Positions 41,876 through 49,398 of a DNA stretch of 64,000 bases are shown in pieces. Where the stretch lies: assembly GCA_963675785.1 (NCBI GenBank), contig OY776562.1, positions 3,136,001 to 3,200,000 on the forward strand, read 5' to 3'. The number at the start of each line of letters is the position of its first letter. Position 1 is the stretch's first letter. Made by a program: the position numbers and the translations under genes. Below the pieces are notes generated by a model, which was not told where the DNA came from, did not search any database, and saw nothing but the letters and a program-made list of their open reading frames with translations. Origin of the DNA: Anaerolineae bacterium. Its GTDB lineage: Bacteria > Chloroflexota > Anaerolineae > UBA1429.

Positions 41876-41940
41876 ATGGAAAGCATACTTTCCATCACAA
41901 TATAACGCAAGATGCAAGAAATGTCAAGCATACTTTCCAT
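41876..41940 (-). promoter_or_regulatory. Promoter bracketed by two palindromic operators
   Basis: ATGGAAAG-CATA-CTTTCCAT (41876-41895) and ATGTCAAG-CATA-CTTTCCAT (41921-41940); minus-strand TTGACA-N17-TATATT. Confidence 0.85.
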
Positions 41941-41985
41941 TGCTCTGCGAATTCATACTTTTGTCTGTTCAGATACTTTGCAAAG

Positions 41986-42014
41986 AAAAAGGCGGTGTGG
42001 ACTTCCACACCGCC
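41986..42014 (-). terminator. Intrinsic terminator
   Basis: AGGCGGTGTGGA-AG-TCCACACCGCCT-TTTT on the minus strand. Confidence 0.85.
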
Positions 42015-42035
42015 TGAAAACTCTACTGGTTACAC

Positions 42036-43439
42036 TTATTTAGATCGGATGATGCTCACCATATCGGATAGAAGATCGGTTACATCAAAGCTCTCCCAAT
42101 CACCACTGTCATCGCCAGCGTTGAATACTGCCATGCCTAGTACATAGGGATCACGCCGCAGTTCGTCGTCGTACCAGGAAAGCTGTTCGAGATACTGATA
42201 ATCTGTCATGGCATCTTTCCAGCCGCCAAAGGATAGGTCTTCTGTAAGGACGCCGCCATCAATGCCTGCTTCTGTAATGACCAACGGAATGACGAGGTTG
42301 GCGGGTTGGAGGTAATTATCGTACCAGATGCGATAACGCAGGGTTAGCGAACCGTAATCAGATCCCAGAGTTAACCCTGGCACACCAGCGCCAACGCCGC
42401 TCCACATATCGGGTGCGGAATATTCGTGCAGGGCCATGATGCCGTCATAGGATTGAGCTGTCTCAACGGCGGGCAGGAACTGGCCAAAGGTAGCTGGTTC
42501 GGGAACGCCCACAGAAAAATTGCCGATGGCAACTTTGAGCCCTAGCTCGGCCATGGCGATGACGCGCTCGGATTCAAATTGCGCATACCATGCCATGTCG
42601 GACTGGCTGCTGATCACTGGCTCGTTCCAGCCCAGCCAATAATCGACGGCGGGGTGTGAGAGATAGATTCCAGCGTTCTGGGCTACAAATTCTCGTGCCC
42701 GCTCTGTGGGGTCACCCTCGTAGGATTGATCACTCTCTGCCAACCGAGCCAGAGTAATAGTATCCGGAGAGGCTGCTTTTACGTCCGCTAGCCAGCCGAT
42801 ATCACCAACGGCAACAACGACACTGGGCTGGGCCTCTGTAACAAAGTCCATAATGGCAGGCGAATTGTTACGGGTGACATGGAGGCCAATCTTGCTGACG
42901 CCTGTGGGCTCATCCAGGGTGAGGGCTTCTTGCTGCATGTAATTGGCCATATCATAGGTAATCGCTACTTGCCAAACGGTGGTGGATCCCGGGGTAGAGC
43001 AGTCCATGAGAATAGTGCTCATCCCGTCGGCAATACTTATTTCAAGCTGATGACACCCGCCCTCAAGTGGGCCTTCAGTATACGTAAAGCAGACGCTGAC
43101 CGATTCGTCCGGCTCAACTGCGCCAGCAAACCATTCTTGCGATAGTTCCTCATCAGTCACGTATTCCGGGGTATAACGATCCAACACATGCAGCGATGGG
43201 ATAGACCAGGGGGTTGTATTGGTAACGGTTAGAATATAGTGGTGGGGCTGTCCGCGCAGCGAAGTAGCCTGTACAATGATGGCATAGTCCGTAGGGATTT
43301 CACCGATGGGGCCGGTATACAGCACCTCGGGATCGATGATCAGGGGATCATCGACTCTGGCTGAAACACTTGTTGGCGTTATTCCCATGATGATCAGAAC
43401 AGCGCAAAGGCTTGTAAGGATCGTCCAGCGTCTGTGCAT
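42036..43439 (-). CDS. Secreted protein: N-terminal beta-rich domain + clan GH-A-like TIM barrel glycoside hydrolase
   Basis: Signal peptide; GWNEP (acid/base), ALHEY, VITEAG (nucleophile). Confidence 0.7.
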   Translation of the reverse strand: MHRRWTILTSLCAVLIIMGITPTSVSARVDDPLIIDPEVLYTGPIGEIPTDYAIIVQATSLRGQPHHYILTVTNTTPWSIPSLHVLDRYTPEYVTDEELSQEWFAGAVEPDESVSVCFTYTEGPLEGGCHQLEISIADGMSTILMDCSTPGSTTVWQVAITYDMANYMQQEALTLDEPTGVSKIGLHVTRNNSPAIMDFVTEAQPSVVVAVGDIGWLADVKAASPDTITLARLAESDQSYEGDPTERAREFVAQNAGIYLSHPAVDYWLGWNEPVISSQSDMAWYAQFESERVIAMAELGLKVAIGNFSVGVPEPATFGQFLPAVETAQSYDGIMALHEYSAPDMWSGVGAGVPGLTLGSDYGSLTLRYRIWYDNYLQPANLVIPLVITEAGIDGGVLTEDLSFGGWKDAMTDYQYLEQLSWYDDELRRDPYVLGMAVFNAGDDSGDWESFDVTDLLSDMVSIIRSK

Positions 43440-43540
43440 CAGTCCCTCTGCATGCCATCGTACACTCTTTATATCAATTATACTCATAGGATACAACATA
43501 TGCCAGAGGTTTTCGTAAATCCCGAATAAATGGCCGGGGG

Positions 43541-43570
43541 TTGACGTTTCTTACCCCAACTTTCTATAAT
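43541..43570 (+). promoter_or_regulatory. sigma70-type promoter for the CHAT-ATPase gene
   Basis: TTGACG-N18-TATAAT. Confidence 0.7.
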
Positions 43571-43618
43571 GTACCATGCGCTGTTGTGCGCTCTTGGCTA
43601 GACTGGGGTGACATCCGA

Positions 43619-46312
43619 ATGGATTACTTGAGTTTTGACCTTCGACTTGGAGATTGGGATAGCAAATCAGGCCAGGGTATGGCCGAAGTACTCCAGTCCC
43701 CTGCTGGCGAAGGGCCCCGATATCCTTTCAAATTGGACGTTGATATCGATCGCATCGCCAAGGCCAATCAATATTCAACCTCGGACGCGGCCAGTTTGGG
43801 CCGACGTCTTTCTATGGAGATCTTTGCTCAGCAGAGTCAAACGCTTTGGTATGAGAGCTATCAGATTGCCCGCGAACGCGGCCGTGGTTTACGTTTGAGA
43901 TTGCATATTGATTCCTGGGAACTCTCGCGGCTTCCCTGGGAATTTTTGCATGATGCGCGCCGTGGCGATTTTTTGGTGTTCGATCCCCTTGTCTCGGTGG
44001 TGCGATATCTCCGACTGTATGCGTCGCCGCCGGCTTTGCGGCAGGGGCAGCGACTCAAACTCTTGGCTGTGGCGGCATCGCCCAAAGATCAAGCCCAGCT
44101 CGATTGGCGCAAAGAGTTCTCTGTTCTCAAAGAGGCTCTTGATGGCTTGGTCAAGACCCGAAGTGTAGATCTAGCCTTTTGTGAGGGCGCCACACGAGAG
44201 GCGTTGCATATGGCGCTGGCTGAGCACAAGCCCGATGTGGTGCATTATGTGGGCCATGGCGCTTATTCCACCGAACGCGATTTGGGTGTGCTGCTGCTTC
44301 AAGATGAAAAGGGTGGCAGTGTGCCCGTCACTGCCCACGATGCTGCCAGATTATTCCGCCATTACGGGGTGAACCTCGTTTTCCTCAACGCCTGCGAGAC
44401 GGCTCGGGGTAGTTGGGCCGGGTTAGCGCCCGCGCTCGTCCGCCGCGAGATCCCTGCTGTGCTGGCTATGCAGTGGCCGGTAGAGGATCGGGCGGCTATA
44501 CGTTTTTCACGCCATTTTTATCAGGCTTTGGCTTCTGGTAGGACTATCGACGAGTGCGTCTCTGAAGGCCGCGTGGGTGCCGCCGCTGGTGGCAGCGATG
44601 CCATGGCCTGGGCCGCACCTGTGCTGTTCCTGCGCTCCGGCAGTGGTCGCCTGTGGTCTTCGGAGAATGAGGCTGTTGCTGCGGGGCAGGCAACCACCGG
44701 TTCGGCGGTCTATACGGGCCAGGATCCCTGTTTCAAAACGCACGGCCCCCTCAATGCCGCTGATACCGATGTAATGATTGATCGCCCGGAATTGCGGCGA
44801 GCGCTCAAACTCGCCCAGCAACCGTCTATTACCCAGTACGTAGCCATACTCAGTGCCCGGCAGATGGGCAAGACGACGCTGTTGTTCCGTTTGATGGAAT
44901 TGCTCAAGGGGCGTTATCCTTGCGCGTTTGTGGATTTGGCAACCATGCGCGACCAAGGATCCGGCGCTTGCTTTCGTTATGTGGCTGAGCAAATCGCTAC
45001 TGCCCTCAAAACCAGCCCTTGGGCCGGGAGTCGCTTGCCCAATGCTAGCCAGGTGAGTGATTCGGTGGGGCTTGTTGGCTTTCTCGCCGACTTGGCTTCG
45101 TGTGTAACCAGCGATCGCCTGATTGTGATGGTGGACGAAGTTGGGGCGCTCAATTCCGAGGCCTCGGATGCGCTTTTCAATGCACTGCGCTCAGTGTTCA
45201 CACAGGGACGTGGTCCCAATCCGCGGCTGGCGCGTTACCTGTTCTACTTTGGTGGTGCTGTAGATCTCTATACGTTGACCTATGGCAGTAATTCACCGCT
45301 CAATATTTGCGAAAAAATCTATTTGAGCGAGTTTTCTCGCACGGATGTGGATCGGCTGGTGGGCGTTTTTCATCGCTTGAACGTTAGCGTGCCCGACGGA
45401 ATAAGTGAGCGGATTTTTTACTATACGGCTGGCCACCCTTATCTTACTATGCGTATGTGTGCCCTGCTACATAGCTATGGCTCCAACCAGTTGAGCATTG
45501 CCCAGGTGGATACTGCTGCAGAAGAAATGATCGTGGATGACGACAACATTCACCATCTGGTGCGCGAATTGGATCGACGCCCTATGGAGCGGCGCCAGTT
45601 GGCTCGCATTGCCATGGACGGCGAGGCCGTGCCGTTTTCTCGCAATAACCCGGTGCTGGCTTCGCTAGAGATGCTAGGCGCCCTGAGCCCGGCACAACCA
45701 GCAGCGATGCGTAACAGACTTTATGAGCGGGCCGCAAAGCAATATTTGGCTCAGCAAACGCCCGATTGGCGTAGCGGCGGTGTGCCGCTCAAGCGGCAAG
45801 AGGGCGTAAAGCAAGGCGCTCAATATGAGGTTATTGCCCGGCTCCGTTTCGATGCTGAGCAAAAGGGCGGCGATACCTGGGTAGAATACATCAGAGCGCT
45901 CTTCCGGCTGGTGCCAGCACTCTCTCTTTATACGAATGTGCGCGCTGGCAATGCGCGCTTTGCCGCGGTGCTGGCTGTCAACGCTGAGGAGACGGGCACA
46001 TACTGGCAAGCTTTTGAACCTGCCATTCCCGTAGTAAGACTCGATTTGAGCAAGGGGCATTCAGAACTCAACCTGCAAGACATATTCAAAAGTGCACGTG
46101 CAAGCCGTATCAAACTTGTGGTGGTGATGCTGGTGGGCGGCGGCGAACGCACTCAGGAAATCATCGAGACCGTCTCTGGCACCAAGGATGGTCTTTCTGT
46201 AGCTGTGCTGGATGATAATAGCCTGGGCCAATTGTTGACCGAGCATGGAGATCTAGAGTTGTTGCTTAAACGGCGCATCCTTGAAGCCCGCCTTCGGTCC
46301 CTTTCGGGCTAA
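43619..46312 (+). CDS. CHAT (caspase-like) protease + STAND/AAA_35-like ATPase + degenerate restriction-endonuclease-like domain
   Basis: LPWEFL, HYVGHG, FLNAC, AMQW, WAAPVLF; Walker A SARQMGKT, Walker B VMVDE, TAGHPYL; C-terminal call is by resemblance only. Confidence 0.85.
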   Translation: MDYLSFDLRLGDWDSKSGQGMAEVLQSPAGEGPRYPFKLDVDIDRIAKANQYSTSDAASLGRRLSMEIFAQQSQTLWYESYQIARERGRGLRLRLHIDSWELSRLPWEFLHDARRGDFLVFDPLVSVVRYLRLYASPPALRQGQRLKLLAVAASPKDQAQLDWRKEFSVLKEALDGLVKTRSVDLAFCEGATREALHMALAEHKPDVVHYVGHGAYSTERDLGVLLLQDEKGGSVPVTAHDAARLFRHYGVNLVFLNACETARGSWAGLAPALVRREIPAVLAMQWPVEDRAAIRFSRHFYQALASGRTIDECVSEGRVGAAAGGSDAMAWAAPVLFLRSGSGRLWSSENEAVAAGQATTGSAVYTGQDPCFKTHGPLNAADTDVMIDRPELRRALKLAQQPSITQYVAILSARQMGKTTLLFRLMELLKGRYPCAFVDLATMRDQGSGACFRYVAEQIATALKTSPWAGSRLPNASQVSDSVGLVGFLADLASCVTSDRLIVMVDEVGALNSEASDALFNALRSVFTQGRGPNPRLARYLFYFGGAVDLYTLTYGSNSPLNICEKIYLSEFSRTDVDRLVGVFHRLNVSVPDGISERIFYYTAGHPYLTMRMCALLHSYGSNQLSIAQVDTAAEEMIVDDDNIHHLVRELDRRPMERRQLARIAMDGEAVPFSRNNPVLASLEMLGALSPAQPAAMRNRLYERAAKQYLAQQTPDWRSGGVPLKRQEGVKQGAQYEVIARLRFDAEQKGGDTWVEYIRALFRLVPALSLYTNVRAGNARFAAVLAVNAEETGTYWQAFEPAIPVVRLDLSKGHSELNLQDIFKSARASRIKLVVVMLVGGGERTQEIIETVSGTKDGLSVAVLDDNSLGQLLTEHGDLELLLKRRILEARLRSLSG

Positions 46313-46343
46313 CGCAAGAAGCAAATGGCCGGCTGCAGGCAAA

Positions 46344-46372
46344 TTGACAGGTACTCCTCTCTGGGCTATACT
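46344..46372 (+). promoter_or_regulatory. tRNA promoter
   Basis: TTGACA-N17-TATACT. Confidence 0.8.
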
Positions 46373-46404
46373 TTTCTGGCCCTCTGGGGGTCATGGCCTC
46401 GTTT

Positions 46405-46487
46405 GGAGGGATGGCAGAGCGGTCGAATGCGGCGGTCTTGAAAACCGTTGATCGAGAGATCCGGGGGTTCGAATCCCTCTCCCTCCG
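46405..46487 (+). tRNA. tRNA-Ser(TGA)
   Basis: Acceptor GGAGGGA/TCCCTCC, anticodon loop CT-TGA-AA, long variable arm, TTCGAAT. Confidence 0.95.
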
Positions 46488-46510
46488 CCTTAAATCCTAA
46501 ATATTTGTTG

Positions 46511-46600
46511 GGGGAGGTGCCGGAGTGGACGAACGGGGCCGCCTGCTAAGCGGTTGTAGGGGGACGACCTCTACCCAGGGTTCGAATCCCTGCCTCCCCG
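46511..46600 (+). tRNA. tRNA-Ser(GCT)
   Basis: Acceptor GGGGAGG/CCTCCCC, CT-GCT-AA, long variable arm. Confidence 0.95.
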
Positions 46601-46675
46601 CTGTAAATGTTTGTTGTCTGCACGCGTCTTATTTTGTCTCAGAAGCGGTGCGTGCTATAATGCTTTTCGTTGTTA

Positions 46676-46749
46676 GCGCCCGTACCTCAATTGGATAGAG
46701 GACCGGTCTACGAAACCGTCTGTTGGGCGTTCGAGCCGCCCCGGGCGCA
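46676..46749 (+). tRNA. tRNA-Arg(ACG)
   Basis: Acceptor GCGCCCG/CGGGCGC, CT-ACG-AA, T arm GGGCG-TTCGAGC-CGCCC; extended -10 TGCTATAAT upstream. Confidence 0.92.
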
Positions 46750-46751
46750 CT

Positions 46752-46777
46752 GAAGCACTACCGTATGGTAGTGCTTC
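46752..46777 (+). terminator. Stem-loop/terminator after tRNA-Arg(ACG)
   Basis: GAAGCACTACC-GTAT-GGTAGTGCTTC then TTGCTTT. Confidence 0.65.
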
Positions 46778-46819
46778 TTGCTTTGGTAACGCTATGTTTC
46801 TATGGTATAGTTCACTTAT

Positions 46820-46891
46820 GCCCCCTTAGCTCAGTGGATAGAGCACTGGCCTCCGGAGCCAGGGGCAGGCGTTCGACCCGCCTAGGGGGTA
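46820..46891 (+). tRNA. tRNA-Arg(CCG)
   Basis: Acceptor GCCCCCT/AGGGGGT, CTGGC-CT-CCG-GA-GCCAG, TTCGACC. Confidence 0.95.
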
Positions 46892-46893
46892 CT

Positions 46894-46929
46894 AAAAAAG
46901 AGCAAGTTCATACGAACTCGCTCTTTTTT
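46894..46929. terminator. Bidirectional terminator
   Basis: AAAAAAGAGC-AAGTTC-ATAC-GAACTC-GCTCTTTTTT. Confidence 0.8.
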
Positions 46930-46940
46930 GTTATCTTTAA

Positions 46941-48008
46941 CTACTGCAACGCTTGCTCGATGGCCGCGTTATCCGCCAGTACAGTGAACTCGAGCAGATA
47001 TTCGCGCGATTCACCAGGCTCTAGGTATTGCAGGGTGCCCAGCTCGCGTTCGTGGGCTCTACCTTCGACATGGCAGTTCCCCGGTTCCAGGCCAGTGATA
47101 TAGGTACTGGCGCCTACCATCTTCCATTGAGTGAAGAAAGGCAGCTCTGCCTGACGGTAGCGCATCATTAGGCCCATCCCTTGCCCCTGGTTCAGGTTGT
47201 GATTAGCGAGTACGAGTTTGACCATGCCGTCAGTATCAGCTTGCATATCGTGATAAAAGCATTGCTCGGCATAGCCATCTTGCGGCGCTTCGTAGGTGGC
47301 ATGGGTAGCCAGTCCTGCAGCGGCGACCGCATCACGTGGTGTCACCTTGGTCGAGGGGGCAATGAGTTCAGCACCTTCTGCCAGTAGCGGGAAGCCGTAA
47401 TTGCAGTGATAGAGCATCATATGGGGAACCGCAACGGTACCTTCGTTGCTCACCACATCCCGCACAGAAAAGCGCGATTCGCCCAGGTTGGCCCAGATTC
47501 GGCGGGTGAGGGTCAGGTTTTCACCAAAGAGCACGGCCTGGCGCATCATGCCGCGCACCCACATCTCATAGGTATCATCGCGCCAGGAACCATCAGCCCA
47601 AACTCGCTCGGCGGGCAGGGTAGAGATGCGCCCGTGCAGACCCAGCGCCTCGCCCTCATCGACTGAAACAGCGCCAGCGGAAGTGAGTCCGCAGGTGACC
47701 AACATGCCTGCGTGAAAGGTTCTCAGCCAGCCAGTGCCGGTCGGCTCATAGTAAGTAGGATGAGCGGCACCCACGGGGGAGCGCCAGGTTAGCGGCGCCC
47801 CCTTGAATTTCACCATACCGATATCCATACCGCGGTCGAGCAGAACCTGCACCGAGAGGCCCGACCCCGTATCCAGTGTTGCTGTACGCACGTCGCGCTC
47901 TCGGCCATCGCCCAAATCACCCAGTGAAACACCGCCGAGTTGATCGATTTGGCCGGTGTAGCGCGTCAATTCCTGTCGGCTCCAATGCTTGCCGTAAAGC
48001 TCTACCAT
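46941..48008 (-). CDS. Aldose 1-epimerase-like protein (DUF4432)
   Basis: VLLDRGMDI, LVTCGL, LHGRIS, MMLYHCNYG, GLEPGN. Confidence 0.85.
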   Translation of the reverse strand: MVELYGKHWSRQELTRYTGQIDQLGGVSLGDLGDGRERDVRTATLDTGSGLSVQVLLDRGMDIGMVKFKGAPLTWRSPVGAAHPTYYEPTGTGWLRTFHAGMLVTCGLTSAGAVSVDEGEALGLHGRISTLPAERVWADGSWRDDTYEMWVRGMMRQAVLFGENLTLTRRIWANLGESRFSVRDVVSNEGTVAVPHMMLYHCNYGFPLLAEGAELIAPSTKVTPRDAVAAAGLATHATYEAPQDGYAEQCFYHDMQADTDGMVKLVLANHNLNQGQGMGLMMRYRQAELPFFTQWKMVGASTYITGLEPGNCHVEGRAHERELGTLQYLEPGESREYLLEFTVLADNAAIEQALQ

Positions 48009-48022
48009 GGTTTGCCTCGCTA

Positions 48023-49372
48023 TCAGCCTAGCAATAGATAGGGCTCTTCGATATAGCGCGTGATACCTTGTAGGAATCGTGCAGCAGGTCCACCATCGAC
48101 GAGTCGATGGTCAAAGGTGAGGCTGAGCCACATCTTTTTGCGAATGCAGATCTGTCCTGCGACTACGGCCGGCTCATCGGTGATGCGTCCGACACCCATG
48201 ATGGCGCATTCGGGTGAGTTGATGATGGGCGTGAACAGGTCGGTACCGAACATGCCCAGGTTGGTAATGGTAAAGGTGCCGCCGCTCAGATCATCGGGTG
48301 CCGACTTGCCCTCGCGGGCTCGGGTCACCAAAGTGCGGAACTGGCTAGCGATCTCTTTGATACCCAGCGTATTGGCATTGCGAATGACGGGGACCAAAAG
48401 CCCGCGTTCGCTATCCACGGCCATGCCCATGTTGACATAGGGCAGATAGTGGATGCCATCGTCTTTGAGCTGCACGTTCATATAGGGATACTCGCTCAGG
48501 CAGCGGGCGATGATCATGGCCAGGATGTCGTTATAGCCAATGTTAAAGCCGAGTTCTTTGGCATAGGCATCCCTGAGCTTTTCGCGCAGGGCAACAAACT
48601 CGGTGGCATCTACTTGGCTGTGCAGGGTAACGGAGGCCGTGGTGCTTTGCGAAGACGACATATGCTGGGCGACAATGGCACGGACGCCGCTCATGGGCAC
48701 GACCTTTTCCTCCCCCATAACTGGCGTAGCAGGTGCGGCTATGGTGGAGGTATGTGCGGTTGCCTGAGCCTTGACATCCTGAACTGTGATGCGGCTGCCG
48801 CTCGCCTGTACACTGGCGAGAGAGACGCCCATATCCTCAGCAACTTTTTTCGCCAACGGCGTGGCTGCCGGAGCACTGGCCAGGTACGTATCGATATCGC
48901 GCTCGATGATGCGTCCCTGGGGACCACTGCCTTTGACTAGGGTCAGATCGACGCCCTTTTCACTGGCAAGTTTGCGGGCACGCGGCGAGGCCTTGATGCG
49001 ATCACCATCGCCAATATCCTCGACAGCTACGGGTGTTTCGGCAGTGAGAGCTTCTTCGGCTTTTTCAGACATAGAAACAGCCGTGGCAGGTTTGCCGCCG
49101 CTGGCCTGCGCCAGTGCATCCGAGATGTCTTCATCCTCTTTGGCGATGATGGCTACTGGGGTGAGCACGGGCACAGTAACGCCTGCATCCAACAAGATCT
49201 TGCGGAGCACGCCCTTGGCTTTGGATTCTACTTCCAGAACGGCCTTGTCTGATTCAATCGTAAAAAGCACGTCCCCGCGATCAATGGGGTCGCCCTCTTT
49301 TTTAAGCCATTCGACGATGGCGCCTTCTTCCATCGTTTGCCCGAGTTTGGGCAAAATTACAGTTGTTGCCAT
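48023..49372 (-). CDS. Dihydrolipoamide acyltransferase (E2), one lipoyl domain, two E3/E1-binding domains
   Basis: ESDKA lipoyl Lys; ASPRARKLA and ATPLAKKVA; FTITNLG; DHRLVDG. Confidence 0.95.
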   Translation of the reverse strand: MATTVILPKLGQTMEEGAIVEWLKKEGDPIDRGDVLFTIESDKAVLEVESKAKGVLRKILLDAGVTVPVLTPVAIIAKEDEDISDALAQASGGKPATAVSMSEKAEEALTAETPVAVEDIGDGDRIKASPRARKLASEKGVDLTLVKGSGPQGRIIERDIDTYLASAPAATPLAKKVAEDMGVSLASVQASGSRITVQDVKAQATAHTSTIAAPATPVMGEEKVVPMSGVRAIVAQHMSSSQSTTASVTLHSQVDATEFVALREKLRDAYAKELGFNIGYNDILAMIIARCLSEYPYMNVQLKDDGIHYLPYVNMGMAVDSERGLLVPVIRNANTLGIKEIASQFRTLVTRAREGKSAPDDLSGGTFTITNLGMFGTDLFTPIINSPECAIMGVGRITDEPAVVAGQICIRKKMWLSLTFDHRLVDGGPAARFLQGITRYIEEPYLLLG

Positions 49373-49398
49373 GTTTCCTCCTGAAAGGAATGCTACGT

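Noticed and set aside
43541-46900. Genomic island integrated at the tRNA cluster
   Set aside because: No integrase, no duplicated tRNA 3' end seen, the CHAT gene lies 5' of the tRNAs and its GC looks like the background.
46723-47103. 126-aa ORF
   Set aside because: Overlaps two tRNA genes, a terminator and the opposite-strand DUF4432 gene.
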